Source of the DNA: Somniosus microcephalus
Lineage: Eukaryota
Reading direction: 5' to 3'
DNA length: 64,000 nt
NCBI GenBank assembly: GCA_052327205.1
Contig: CM126226.1
Span: 1,426,001-1,490,000 of the forward strand
The translations under genes and the position numbers were made by a program. Below the pieces are notes generated by a model. It searched no databases, was not told the DNA's origin, and saw nothing but the letters and a program-made list of their open reading frames with translations. Below are positions 23,930-36,325 of this stretch, one piece after another (within the stretch, counting starts at the first letter, position 1; each line of letters opens with the position of its first letter).

Positions 23930-24295
23930 TGATCGAGGTGTTTAAATCATGAAGGGTTGAGACTGTGTAAATAAAGAGAAACTGTTTCTAGTGGCTGAAG
24001 GGTCGATAACCAGACGGGACAGGTTTAAGGTGATGGGCAAAAGAACCGGAGGCGACGTGAGGGAACACTTTTTTTACACAGCGAGTGGTTAGGATTTGGA
24101 ATGCGCTGCCTGATAGGGTGGTGGATACAGATTCAATAGTAGCCTTCAAAAGGGACCTGGATAAATACTTGAAGAAAAAATTGCAGGGGTTTGGGGAAAG
24201 AGCGGGGGAGTGGGACTGACTGGATTGCTCTTCGAAGGAGACAGACTCGATGGGCCGAATGGCCGCCTCCTGTGCTGTCCTATTCTATGATTCTG
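23930..24295 (+). mobile_element. CR1/HER1-type LINE 3' fragment
   Basis: TGGAATGCGCTGCCTG motif and GATGGGCCGAATGGCC tail. Confidence 0.8.
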
Positions 24296-24617
24296 TGGTA
24301 CATTGCTCAAGTTTGAAGGCACACTGTTGGCACATATTTAAATTTGGTGAAGTTCTTGGAGGAACCCACTCCAAAACTTCAGCAGCAGTTGTGTTTTTTG
24401 GGCTGTTGAAGGGGCTCAGCACTGCAGCAAGAGCATTCTCTGCTAATGAGAGAACTCTCCTGATTCAGTGATGGTTGTTTTTATTTAAAGTATAAAAAGA
24501 ATCATTATCCAATCCTTTTTGTGTGAGTGATTATTGGATTGTACTTCCTCCATGCTTGCGGTGTACAGATCTGTCGATTGTTTATCTGAAAATGTTTTTG
24601 TTTGTGTGATCTTTCAG

Positions 24618-24701
24618 GGTAATGACATCACCCTGGTGAGCTACCACCATCACCAGCTGCAGCCAAGGGAGACCCAGTCCTTCGAGGTCATGTTCAAGGA
24701 G
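24618..24701 (+). CDS. HSPG2: Perlecan L4-3 exon: GNDITLVSYHHHQLQPRETQSFEVMFKE
   Basis: tttcAG/GTaaag, 84 nt phase 0/0; human counterpart GNNIMLVASQPALQGPERRSYEIMFRE. Confidence 0.95.
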
Positions 24702-25244
24702 GTAAAGGCTTAAATTTTGAATATTCCATTGCAACATTCCTCCACTAACTATCTTCGGTAATGGTAAAATGAAGACCATTAGTATCTTGAAGATGAGTTA
24801 CATTATGGGAATGGGGAAAGGAACATCTGAAGTTACATCGGGTAGTAAGAACGGACATTTTTGGAATGAAAAAGATGAGCCAATACAACAAGCTTGCCCC
24901 TTTTCAATGGATTAACCCAACTATCGACCTTCTCATCATAGCCTGGTATCCCTTTGCTCTCCAGAAATACATTCACCGCTTCCCAATCCCATTGATACTG
25001 GTGATGTTAGTGCCCTTGCCTGGTAGCTTACTCCACAGGACTGTTGCTCTTGGGGTAAAGGGGTTCTGCCCGAGTTCCCTTTTACTCCTAACTTCCTAAT
25101 TTTGAACTTGGATCTTTGGGTATTTGGACCCTTTGCCGTGCTGAGTAATGTAGCGGAACAATTTACGCCATAAATAAATAACATGATTTTAAAAAATTAT
25201 TTGGAGTTCTGTTAGAATTGGAAAATGTTGACGAGAAACTCTGA

Positions 25245-27295
25245 AATAACAACAGACAATGCTGGAAACACTCAGCAGGTCAAGCAGCATCGAGGAGAGA
25301 GAAACAGAGGCAATGTTTCAGGTTGGGGACCCTTCCTCAGAACTGGAAACAGTTAGAGAAGAGTGATTTATAATCAGGGGCAGGGAGGAGGGGAGGAAAG
25401 AACAAAGGGAAGGTCTGTGATAGGATGGAAGGCAGGAGAGACTGGCTGACAAAAGGGTTGATGGTGCAAGGCAAAAGGAGATGGTAATGGGACAAGTTAA
25501 GAAACAAAAGATGTCTCTAGATGAGGTGTGAATGATGATGGCAGCAACATTAACAGCTACCATGTGAGAGAGAGAGAAAAAAATTAAAATATAAAGAAAT
25601 ACAGGGGCCGAGGTTATAGTCTGAAATTGTTGAACTCGATGTTGAGCCCAGAAGGCTGTAAAGTGCCGAATTGAAAGATGAGGTGCTGTTCCTCGAGCTT
25701 ATGTTGAGCTTCCATGGAACAGTGTAAGAGGCCGAGGACGAGGACGGAGAGGTCCGAGTGGGAGTGGAGCGGAGAATTAAAGTGACAGGCCACCGGAAGC
25801 TCGGGGTCACCCTTACGGACTGAACGGAGGTGTTCCGCAAAGCGGTCACTCAATCTGCGTTTGGTCTCCCCAATGTAGAGGAGACCACATCGTGAGCAGC
25901 GAATACAGTATACTAGATTGTAAGAAGTGCAAGTAAATCGCTCTTTTACCTGGAAGGGGTGTTTGGGGCCCTGGACGGTGGGAAGGGAGGAGGTAAAAGG
26001 GCAGGTGTTGCATCTCCTGCGCTTGCACAGGAAGGTGCCGGGCGAAGGGGGAGGGGGTGTTGGGGGTGATAGAGGAGTGGTCCAAGGTGTCGCGGAGGGA
26101 GCGGTCCCTTTGCAATGCTGAAAGGGGGGGGAGGGGAAGATATGTTTGGTGGTGGGATCACGCTGGAGGTGGCGGAAATGGCGCAGGATGATCCGTTGAA
26201 TGTGGAGGCTGGTGGGGTGAAAGGTGAGGACAAGGGGAACCCTATCGTGGTTCTGGGAGGGAGGGGCAGGGGTGAGAGCAGAAGTGCGGGAAATAGAACG
26301 GACACGGTCAAGGGCCGTGTCAACCACAGTAGAGGTGAATCCTCGGTTGAGGAAAAAGGAAGACATGTCGGAAACACTGGTATGGAAGGTGACATCATCA
26401 GAACAGATGCAGCGGAGGCGGAGAAACTGGGAGAATGGAATAGAGTCCTCACAGGAAGCGGGGTGGAAGGAAGTGTAGTCCAGGTAGCTGTGGGAGTCGG
26501 TGGGCTTATAGTGGATGTTTGTCAATAACCTATCCCCTGAGATGGAGACAGAGAAGTCGAGGAAGGGAAGGGAAGGGTCGGAGATGGACCATGTGAAGGT
26601 GAGGAAAGGGTGGAAATTGGATGAAAGTGAATGAAATTTTCTAGTTCAGGGCGAGAGCAGGAAATGGCACCGATACAGTCATCAATGTACCGGAAAAATG
26701 GGTGAGGGAGGGGACCTGAGTAGGACTGGAACAAAACGTGTTCCACATAGCCCACGAAAAGGCAGGCATAGCTAGGACCCATGTGGGTACCCATGGCAAC
26801 ACCTTTGATTTGGAGGAAGTGAGTGGAGTCAAAGGAGAAGTTGTTCAATGTGAGAACAAGTTCAGCCAGGCGGAGGAGGGTGGTGGTGGATGGGGACTGG
26901 TTGGGCCTCTGTTGAAGGAAGGAGCGGAGCGCCCTCAGGCCGCCCTGGTGGGGGATGGAGGTGTAGAGGGATTGGACGTCCATGGTGAAAAGGAGACAGT
27001 TGGGGCCAGGAAACTGGAAACTGTTACAGTGGTGGAGGGTGTCGGAAGAGTCGCGGATGTAGGTGGGAAGGGACTGGACAAGGAGAGAAAATAGAGTCGA
27101 GATAGGAAGAAATCAGTTCCGTGGGGCAAGAACAGGCTGAAACAATGGGTCTACCAGGGCAGTCCTGTTTGTGGATCTTGGGAAGGAGGTAGAAGCGGGC
27201 TGTGCGGGGTTGTGGAACTATGAGGTTGGTGGCCGCGGGGGGAAGATCTCCAGAGGAGATGAGGTCAGTGACAGTCTTGGAAACGATTACTTGAT
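25245..27295 (-). mobile_element. Penelope-like retroelement (RT plus GIY-YIG endonuclease), 5'-truncated and frameshifted
   Basis: [30 protein letters not shown], and NLVYCIRCSRCGLLYIGETKRRLSDRFAEH; terminal repeat with decayed hammerhead at 25308-25344. Confidence 0.95.
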
Positions 27296-27359
27296 GACGA
27301 TAAACTCTGTTCAGTGTACAGGACAGTACAATAAACAGCCATGCTGCATACTTACTCAT

Positions 27360-29002
27360 GGTGCGTACGGCAGTGTGAATAGTAATTAGCACGGTGAGTA
27401 CGGCAGTGTGAATAGTAATTAGTACGGTGCGTACGGCAGTGTGAATAGTGATTAGTACGGTGAGTACGGCAGTGTGAATAGTGATTAGTACGGTGAGTAC
27501 GGCAGTGTGAATAGTGATTAGTACGGTGCGTACGGCAGTGTGAATAGTGATTAGTACGGTGCGTACGGCAGTGTGAATAGTAATTAGCACGGTGAGTACG
27601 GCAGTGTGAATAGTAATTAGTACGGTGCGTACGGCAGTGTGAATAGTGATTAGTACGGTGAGTACGGCAGTGTGAATAGTAATTAGTACGGTGAGTACGG
27701 CAGTGTGAATAGTGATTAGTACGGTGAGTACGGCAGTGTGAATAGTGATTAGTACGGTGAGTACGGCAGTGTGAATAGTAATTAGTACGGTGAGTACGGC
27801 AGTGTGAATAGTGATTAGTACGGTGAGTACGGCAGTGTGAATAGTGATTAGTACGGTGAGTACGGCAGTGTGAATAGTGATTAGTACGGTGAGTACGGCA
27901 GTGTGAATAGTAATTAGTACGGTGAGTACGGCAGTGTGAATAGTGATTAGTACGGTGCGTACGGCAGTGTGAATAGTGATTAGTACGGTGCGTACGGCAG
28001 TGTGAATAGTGATTAGTACGGTGCGTACGGCAGTGTGAATAGTGATTAGTACGGTGAGTACGGCAGTGTGAATAGTGATTAGTACGGTGCGTACGGCAGT
28101 GTGAATAGTGATTAGCACGGTGAGTACGGCAGTGTGAATAGTGATTAGTACGGTGAGTACGGCAGTGTGAATAGTGATTAGTACGGTGCGTACGGCAGTG
28201 TGAATAGTGATTAGTACGGTGCGTACGGCAGTGTGAATAGTGATTAGTACGGTGAGTACGGCAGTGTGAATAGTGATTAGTACGGTGCGTACGGCAGTGT
28301 GAATAGTGATTAGTACGGTGAGTACGGCAGTGTGAATAGTGATCAGTACGGTGAGTACGGCAGTGTGAATAGTGATTAGCACGGTGCGTACGGCAGTGTG
28401 AATAGTGATTAGCACGGTGCGTACGGCAGTGTGAATAGTGATCAGTACGGTGAGTACGGCAGTGTGAATAGTGATTAGCACGGTGCGTACGGCAGTGTGA
28501 ATAGTGATTAGCGCGGTGCGTACGGCAGTGTGAATAGTGATTAGCACGGTGAGTACGGCAGTGTGAATAGTGATTAGCGCGGTGCGTACGGCAGTGTGAA
28601 TAGTGATTAGTACGGTGAGTACGGCAGTGTGAATAGTGATTAGCACGGTGCGTACGGCAGTGTGAATAGTGATTAGCACGGTGAGTACGGCAGTGTGAAT
28701 AGTGATTAGCGCGGTGCGTACGGCAGTGTGAATAGTGATTAGCACGGTGCGTACGGCAGTGTGAATAGTGATTAGCGCGGTGCGTACGGCAGTGTGAATA
28801 GTGATTAGCACGGTGCGTACGGCAGTGTGAATAGTGATTAGCACGGTGAGTACGGCAGTGTGAATAGTGATTAGTACGGTGAGTACGGCAGTGTGAATAG
28901 TGATTAGCACGGTGAGTACAGCAGTGTGAATAGTGATTAGTACGGTGAGTACGGCAGTGTGAATAGTGATTAGTACAGTGAGTACGGCAGTGTGAATAGT
29001 GA
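27360..29002. repeat. 33-bp minisatellite, about 50 copies (GTACGGCAGTGTGAATAGTGATTAGTACGGTGA)
   Basis: Read directly; gives the ([12 protein letters not shown])n ORF. Confidence 0.98.
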
Positions 29003-29020
29003 CTCGAGTCAGTCCCACAA

Positions 29021-29387
29021 TCTCACAGAAATCACAGATCACAGAAACCTCACAGTGCAGATAGAGGCCATTTCGGCCCATCGAGCCTGCACCGACACAT
29101 ATCCCACCCGATCCCCGTAACCCCTACACCAACACATATCCCACCCTATCCCCGTAACCCCACGTATTTAATCCCCCTAACACTAAGGGTCAATTTTTAT
29201 CATAGCCAATCAACCTAACCTGCACATCTTTGGACTGTGGGAGGAAACCGGAGCACCCGGAGGAAACCCACGCAAACACGGGGAGAATGTGCAAACTCCA
29301 CACAGACAGTCACCCGAGGCCGGATTCGAACCCGGGTCCCTGGCGCTGTGAGGCAACAGTGCTAACCACTGTGCCACCGTGCTGCCC
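29021..29387 (-). mobile_element. tRNA-derived V-SINE (HE1-like), full length
   Basis: Near-identical reverse complement of 19001-19345, including the internal GGGTGGGATATGTGT duplication. Confidence 0.93.
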
Positions 29388-29415
29388 ACAATCTGAATCT
29401 GTTCTTTTCTTTCAG

Positions 29416-29646
29416 CAATTTTGGAAGCGGCCGGATGGTCAGCAGGCCACCCGGGAACATCTCCTGATGGTCCTCGCAGACTTGGATGAAGTTCTTATCC
29501 GTGCTACCTACTCGACCGACATGATCTCCGCCAGCCTCTCCGATGTGAGCATGGAGATTGCAGTGCCCTTCTACACCAATCTGGGGCAGGCACTGCAAGT
29601 GGAAGAATGTCGCTGCCCCCTGGCATACCATGGCTTGTCTTGTCAG
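29416..29646 (+). CDS. HSPG2: Perlecan L4-3 end / LE exon: QFWKRPDGQQATREHLLMVLADLDEVLIRATYS...VEECRCPLAYHGLSCQ
   Basis: ttcAG/GTgact, 231 nt phase 0/0; human EFWRRPDGQPATREHLLMALADLDELLIRATFS. Confidence 0.98.
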
Positions 29647-29711
29647 GTGACTACAGCAGAATTGGCCATTGGTTGTCTTTCCTTGAAACTGCAACTTTTT
29701 GTACGGTCATC

Positions 29712-30098
29712 TACAACAACAACTTGCATTTATATATCGCCTTTAACATAGTGAAATATCCCATGGTGCTTCACAGGAGCGATTATCAAACAAAATTTGA
29801 CACCGAGCCACATAACGAGAAATTAGGCAGTTGATCCAAAGCTTGGTCGAAGAGGTAGGTTTTAAGGAGCCTCTTAAAGGAGGAAAGCGAGGCGGAGAGG
29901 TTTAAGGAAAGAATTCCAGAGCTTAGGACCCAGGCAGCTGACGGCACAGCCATCAATGGTGTAGCGATTTGAAATCAGGGATGCGCAAGAGGCCAGAATT
30001 GGAGGACCGCAGAGATCTCAGTGGAGGTTGTGGGGCTGTAGGAGGTTACAGAGATAGGGAGGAGTGAGGCTATGGAGGGGTTTGAACACAAGGATGAG
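29712..30098 (-). mobile_element. L2-like LINE 3' end
   Basis: Same 3' terminus as the copies at 2160 and 8462. Confidence 0.8.
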
Positions 30099-31149
30099 GT
30101 CCACACACTGGTTCCTCTTAACACTTTCCTTTTGCTTTACTTTTTAACTTCGTTTTTTTAAGTTGTACTGTATATGATCAGTAAAGCGATAAGCCCTGCA
30201 CAGTGATCCACTCTGCAGTGAAAAACAGCGGGAGATCTGGACATCCACTGATCGAGGTGACTGGAGTAACTATTGGAAATCGAGGCTCCTGGCACAGTGC
30301 TTAAAGCCTTGTGTTCCCATCCATACTCTCCACTGGTATGCTGAGTAGTCTACAGTGAGGAGAGGCAGCCCTCAGTACCTCACTGTTCATCTGTGAGTAA
30401 CCCTGGCCGATGGCTGTTCAGCCATGAGGTTTATCGCAACCAAACCCCACCCGGCTCTCACCTAGAATACATGGATTTATAATTCGAGTTACTATAGCAG
30501 GTTGCACAACTAAGTTACATTGCATAGACTGTGGTGGTATGAATGATGCAATACCCACTTCACCTACAGATTATTTCTTTTTAACATTATTCAGCACTTT
30601 CCCTAATGTTTGAAGTTGTATAAAGATATAAAAACCCAAATAAATGAAAATTGTGAAGATGGGAGAATTAAAGTTTTTTTTACCCAGCGAGTTGTGATCT
30701 GGAATGCGCTGCCTGAAAGGGCAGTGGAAGCAGATTCAATAATAACTTTCAAAAGGGAATTGGAGAAATACTTGAGAGAAAAATTTGCAGGGCTACGGGG
30801 AAAGAGCAGGGAGTGGGATTAATTGGAGAGCTCGACCAAAGAGCCGGCACAGGCACGATGGGCCAAATGGCCTCCTGTGTTGTATATGATTCTATAAACC
30901 AATGAAAGACTTCTGTACGCTGGTCTCTACGAGTCCTTTGGGTTGTGAGTATTGGAAATGTTGATTTGGACCCAGGATTGCTGCTGTTGCCTCAATGGGT
31001 CAGCAAGTCATTTTCATGCCAATCTCAGAGTTGTCATTTTTGATTTCTCTGGTTTCTGCTCGGGTAAAAAAAAATCCAGTGCAATCGAAGATAACTGAAA
31101 AAAGGACAATGTGTGAATCTCTTTGTGTGTTGTCTTGTTTCTTTCCTAG

Positions 31150-31263
31150 GACTGTGCTCCTGGCTACACGAGGACTGGAGGAGGCCTGTACCTGGGACAC
31201 TGCAAGCTGTGTGAATGCAGTGGGCACTCCGACACCTGTCACCCAGAGACTGGCCTTTGCTCG
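31150..31263 (+). CDS. HSPG2: Perlecan laminin-EGF exon: DCAPGYTRTGGGLYLGHCKLCECSGHSDTCHPETGLCS
   Basis: cctAG/GTacat, 114 nt phase 0/0; near-identical to human DCAPGYTRTGSGLYLGHCELCECNGHSDLCHPETGACS. Confidence 0.98.
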
Positions 31264-31741
31264 GTACATACTTTCACAATCCACTTCAGTGTATTAGTCA
31301 CTTAGCAAAGTTTGAGCAGTATCAGAATGTCTCCCTCAGTAATGGTCTCCAGGTATCTCCGTCCCATGTTTGCAGGAGTAAGTTCTCATTTACAAAGGCC
31401 CTTTTAAGTCCATGGAGTCATTTGAACAAAGAGTTGGGAAGTGAAAGATGGCCCATTCACGGTGAAAGTTTTGATGCCTGCAGCACAATCACTCTTAAGT
31501 GTTAATTCTTCAAAGTGTTTTCTCTGTCAAAAGAGTGTCGCTGCTCTCCCAGTGGCTCTGCTGGTTCAGCCAGTGTTAGCTAAACATGCAGACCAGAGAG
31601 GTTCTGGGTTTGATCGCCAGCCTGTGCTGATCTCAGCGCGTGAAGGTGCCCTGTTGGAAGTGGTGATCCGCCCATTGCTGACACACTTGGTGAATAGTTA
31701 CTTAGCTGAGGTATTGAAGGGCACCTGATGTTCACAGTTAA

Positions 31742-32505
31742 TGGCCCAGAACTTGGTGTCGGGGGCTTGCCGCGCGTGCAAGCCCCCGATCTGCACTCAC
31801 CCTGCGCGCTGACATCTGAAGCCCGGGCCTGCTTGCATTTCCTGTCACTGGCCCGGTTCAGATGTCAGCGCGCTGTGCTAACCTGATCCAGCGGCGTAGT
31901 TAGTGCGATGTGCCGGCTGGGATCAGGTGAGCACTGTACAACCAATCAGGGGAGGGGAAACTTCATTCATTAGTTTGACAGTAAGAACTGTCAAACTCAT
32001 GAAAACTACGGGGGCCCAAAACACTATTTAAACTTTAAATAAAAATTTAAAAAAACATCCCAATCATTAAATTAAGTATAAATAAGTTAAAAAAATAATT
32101 TAAACAATTTTTTTTTTTGAAAGAAATAAATTTTTAATAAAAAGGGTCTAAAACTAAACTTACCTTATTGTAGTTTCTTTAAAATAATAAAACTGTGGGA
32201 AAAAAAATTCTAAATTACACTAAAACACCACTTACCTGTAAAAATAAATACTTACGTGTGCTTTTTACAAGCGTAAAGACCGGAGGCCTTTACACATGCG
32301 CAAATCCCCCAAAACAGAGGAAATCCAAGACGCACGCGCTGCCCCCTACAGCGCACGCGCTAGCCTCTTCACCTCTTGGGTTAGAGGAGAGGAAATGCCG
32401 GTTTTCAGCGCATGCGCTGTGCATGCTGAAAACCGGCATTTCCTCCGTCCAGACGCGTGAGTACCCCTTCCGTACTCACGCCTTTGGGGAGGAATTACTG
32501 CCCCA
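31742..32505. mobile_element. MITE-like element, diverged relative of 10908-11637
   Basis: Same TGGCCCAGAA start and same order of hairpins, CCAAT box, AT core and GCGCATGCGC; right end GAATTACTGCCCCA is degenerate. Confidence 0.75.
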
Positions 32506-34392
32506 ATATTTCAATAATAGTGTTCAAAAGTTTGAATGGTTTTAATAGAATAAATAAACAGTCTCCACTGGCAGGAGGGTCGGTAACCAGAGGTCACAGG
32601 TTTAAGATAATTGGCAAAAGAACCAGAGGGGAATCTTTTTACGCAGTGAGTTATGATCTGGAATGCGGGGGAAACAGATTAAATAGTAACTTTCGAAAGG
32701 GAATTGGATAAATACTTGTAAAGGAAGAGTTTGCAGGGCAATGGGGAACGAGCAGTGGTGTGGGACTAATTGGAGAGCTCTTTCAAAGAGCTGGCACAGG
32801 CACGATGGGCTGAATGGCCTCCTCCTGCATCGTATGATTCCATGAACTGTGCCCTAGCAAGGAGAAGAGAAATGGAGGAAGTATTGGAGTAAAAAGAGGT
32901 GTCGAAGGGTGAAGGTGTGGTTTATATTCTGGCTGATGGTGAGACAGGAATGGATAGTTAGCCTATTCACTACACGTGTGGCACAGTCAGTGAGGTGTGT
33001 GTGATACCGATCTGGAATTAGTGCTGATCATTTTACTCAATCTTAAAGCACCAGTGTTGTGAGTATGTAACTAGATTTTACCACACTGTATGTGGTATGT
33101 ATGGACCGAGCAACATTAAGCTGTGGGATGCAGCAGAGTAATTCAGTTTGTGGTATTGGGAAGCTTGGTGGATATGAGGCGAATCGACCCCAGCTGCGCC
33201 CTTGAGTTATTCCGCCGGGTTGCTCCATTCTATTCTCAAACCTAGCTTTCCCAGTCCTTCACCGGTCGCAAGTGCTTCAAATGAATTAAACCGCTGTAGA
33301 TTCAAGTGCGAACCTTTTCCCTGTGGAATTTGCATTATATTCACTAGCACAGGAAGTGTTGGGAGGCTGTGCCCGGTGTCTTGAGGTGAAAGTAAGCTGT
33401 ATATCGAAGGGTTTCTAGTATGTTTGGACAGCAATGTACTGAAACACTATCGAAACCAGCAACAATGTGAACGTGAAATAAAGTCTGGACGTTCTTCAGA
33501 CACACTCCACTTCCTGGATGTTTTGTAAAGTGATATATGTATAAAAAAAGGCATTATTTGATGTTCATTTCGAATTCACTTCATATTCTTATTAATATGG
33601 ACGTTCGCTTGTGAACATCTTTTGTGAAGAAAACGGTTTTAATCATTCTTTGCATTTGTTTACCCTGGAAGGCTGAATCAACGCACATGACCCGATTTGG
33701 CCAACAACCCGCACTGAACCAGTGGTGGGCGGGCAGTGAGTGCAGGGCTCAGCAGCAGGGATGCCATCAGCTTTTCAGTAGAGCGTAACGCTGGGTGTGA
33801 CCACTGTGGGGGGAAACACCCAGCTACACACTTCTAGATTTGCCTTGCCCACTGCTGGGTACTTCCTTGGGAGAGCATTTGGAACTTTATAGCACTTAGA
33901 CAGGCCCATTCACGGGGCCAAAGCAAAACCTCTTTCAGTGTCAGCACTGATTCTAACACCCAGAGATATCACGGGGGTGTGATTCATCCTGGGCCGTAGC
34001 ACAGAATGGGCGATAGCGAATCGCCAGCTTGTTTTACACGCTGCCTGATTTTTTTTTTCCCCTCTACTTCAATCAGGCAGGGTGCAAACGCAGCAGCTGA
34101 TTGGCTATTGCCAGCTGTGCTGTCGCCCAAGACTAATTTCACCCCCTATTAGTTTATTATTGGCACTGGATGAGTTGGTTACATGTTTACAACTGGTGCT
34201 GGGAACAAGCTGAGATGATGAGTTAAGAGCATCACACAAGAAGTATGTAACACTACTTGAAAGTGCATTAAGCTGAGTGATTTTTTTTTTCCCTCTACAT
34301 CTTGATACTAATACACTGATTAACCATAGTAGCAGCCCTGGTACAGAGAGTACTGAACTAAAGCAAGATTTTTCTTTAAATCTCTTAAACAG

Positions 34393-34520
34393 AGCTGTTT
34401 ACATAACACGGCTGGAGAGTTCTGTGACCAGTGCACCCCTGGATATTATGGTGATGCCACAGCAGGTACCCCAGAGGATTGCCAAACTTGTGCCTGTCCA
34501 CTGACAATTCAGGAAAACCA
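34393..34520 (+). CDS. HSPG2: Perlecan laminin-EGF exon: [42 protein letters not shown](Q)
   Basis: aacAG/GTaagt, 128 nt phase 0/2; [15 protein letters not shown] identical to human. Confidence 0.98.
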
Positions 34521-35157
34521 GTAAGTTACCGACTTTACAAAACTCTGGTGCATTGTGCTGCTGTCATTACACCCAAGTAACTCGTTGCTCAGTGTGCTAT
34601 ATGTAAGATTAGTAATGTTGTGCATCCTTGTGAAGTTTTTTGTAAAATGTTGAGGTACAAGCTTCAACTTAACCGATTGGTTTTACTTCAGTGAATGCCA
34701 CAGGGCCCTGAGTTCCTGATTTCAGCCATGTCACAGTTGTGAAAATTGCTGGGCTTGAGAAAGCGCCAGCGGTTCGAAACATTGACTGCTGTTTTTCCGC
34801 GGATGCTGCCTGTCCTGCTGAGTGTTTCCAGCATTTCCTGTTTCTATTTTCGGACTTCCAGCACTCTGACACTATCGTGAGACACCGAGTGAAACCACGC
34901 GCCTCGCTGCAGAGCAGCAGTGAAACCTGTAGGAGAGGCATTGGCTGTCAGAGGGTCGTTGGGAGTGGCTGAGCAGCCAATGCCCCTTAGCTGCCGATAG
35001 CCATTATACCCGACAGTAACATTGTCAAAAGTGTGCGGCAATACCCTTGTGGGTCATCACGATTGTAAGATGTTTCGGCGTCTGATCATGTGAGCTGAGA
35101 ACTTTGTAACTGGAAAACTTTCTAAAGTGTGTGTCACTTTCTGTCGTTTTCTGCTAG

Positions 35158-35244
35158 GTTTTCTTCCACCTGTGAAAGCAATGGAGTCGATGGGTACAGG
35201 TGTACTGCTTGTCTCCCTGGGTACACAGGCCAGTACTGTGAACG
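35158..35244 (+). CDS. HSPG2: Perlecan laminin-EGF exon: FSSTCESNGVDGYRCTACLPGYTGQYCE(R)
   Basis: gctAG/GTaagt, 87 nt phase 2/2. Confidence 0.97.
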
Positions 35245-36266
35245 GTAAGTGGATCTGATCATTAGTAGAAATTCCTCGAGGCTTAAATGATCAATAGTAG
35301 GAGCTTAGCACAAGATTCTGTATAATCCTCTGCCCCCATCTCTTGAGTTACAAGGGCTGATTTTCTTGACCCTTGGCTCCAGGGCATGCCAACTCCCCAG
35401 GTGCAAAAGTCAGGAAAAAGTGGGCAGAGACCACATTTTTCCCCAAGGTCCCTGCCCAGGATACAAGCACCCCCACCCCCCAGGGGCGGGTGCAGAGCAG
35501 TCAATGTGCACAGGCCCAGCAATGCCATGCTGGGGAGGTGGGTGGTACTACCAGTCCTCCTGCCTCAGTTTCCTGACCCTGTGCCCATGGGGTGTGCAGA
35601 TACAGGGACATCCCACAAAACCAGGGTAGGAGGCCTACGCCGGAGCAGTCCTCCGATCAGAGGGTTTGAGAGCTCCGGCAACAAGCTGAAGAGGAGCCCC
35701 AGGGTAAGATTACAGTTTCCCAATGGGTATTCAGGCCTGCACCTGCTCTCTGTTTCCTGCCCCCTTTTCCGGTGCTCGGCCTGGCCCGGGGACAAGCCTA
35801 CACTGAGGGTTTCTCCAAACTGTTAATGGCCCTGGACAGGAATTCTAGGCGTTCCCTGGCCTGGGCAAACACTGCTCGCTTTGGGTTTGCTTATCCCGTC
35901 CTGTGCTTGGGGGCAGGGGAGAAGAGCTGGAAAATCGGCCTTCCATGAGCATGCTCGATTTAGTAAAGACTTCTTAAATCTTCTGGTGATACAGGGCTGT
36001 TGGGTAGAAATGATTTGAATGGGTTAATGCTTGTGTTACAATAGTGCAGAGAGGAGCTTGGTATGTGTGCTTTAAGAGGTCATGTTGGGACGAAGATGAT
36101 CATAGTTTTCACCCTTGTAACTGAGCTGAGAAGTGCCCTGGTACAGGGGCAGTGTAACTCCCCGTTAGCCTTGATAGTTTGGTGTAGTGCATGATATGGA
36201 ATGAGTGATACTGACAGACCACTCTTTATATTCCCTCTGGTGGTAACATGTTGGTTTTCTTTTCAG

Positions 36267-36325
36267 CTGTGCTCCCGGGTATTCTGGGAATCCAAGAATC
36301 CCAGGCCAGAAGTGTCATCCAGTCG
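36267..36325 (+). CDS. HSPG2: Perlecan last domain III exon: CAPGYSGNPRIPGQKCHPV
   Basis: ttttcAG/GTacgt, 59 nt phase 2/1; human CGPGYVGNPSVQGGQCLP. Confidence 0.95.

Noticed and set aside
27024-29081. 685-aa ORF joining SINE tail, 33-bp repeat and Penelope RT fragment
   Set aside because: Chance in-frame fusion of three unrelated repeats, antisense to HSPG2.
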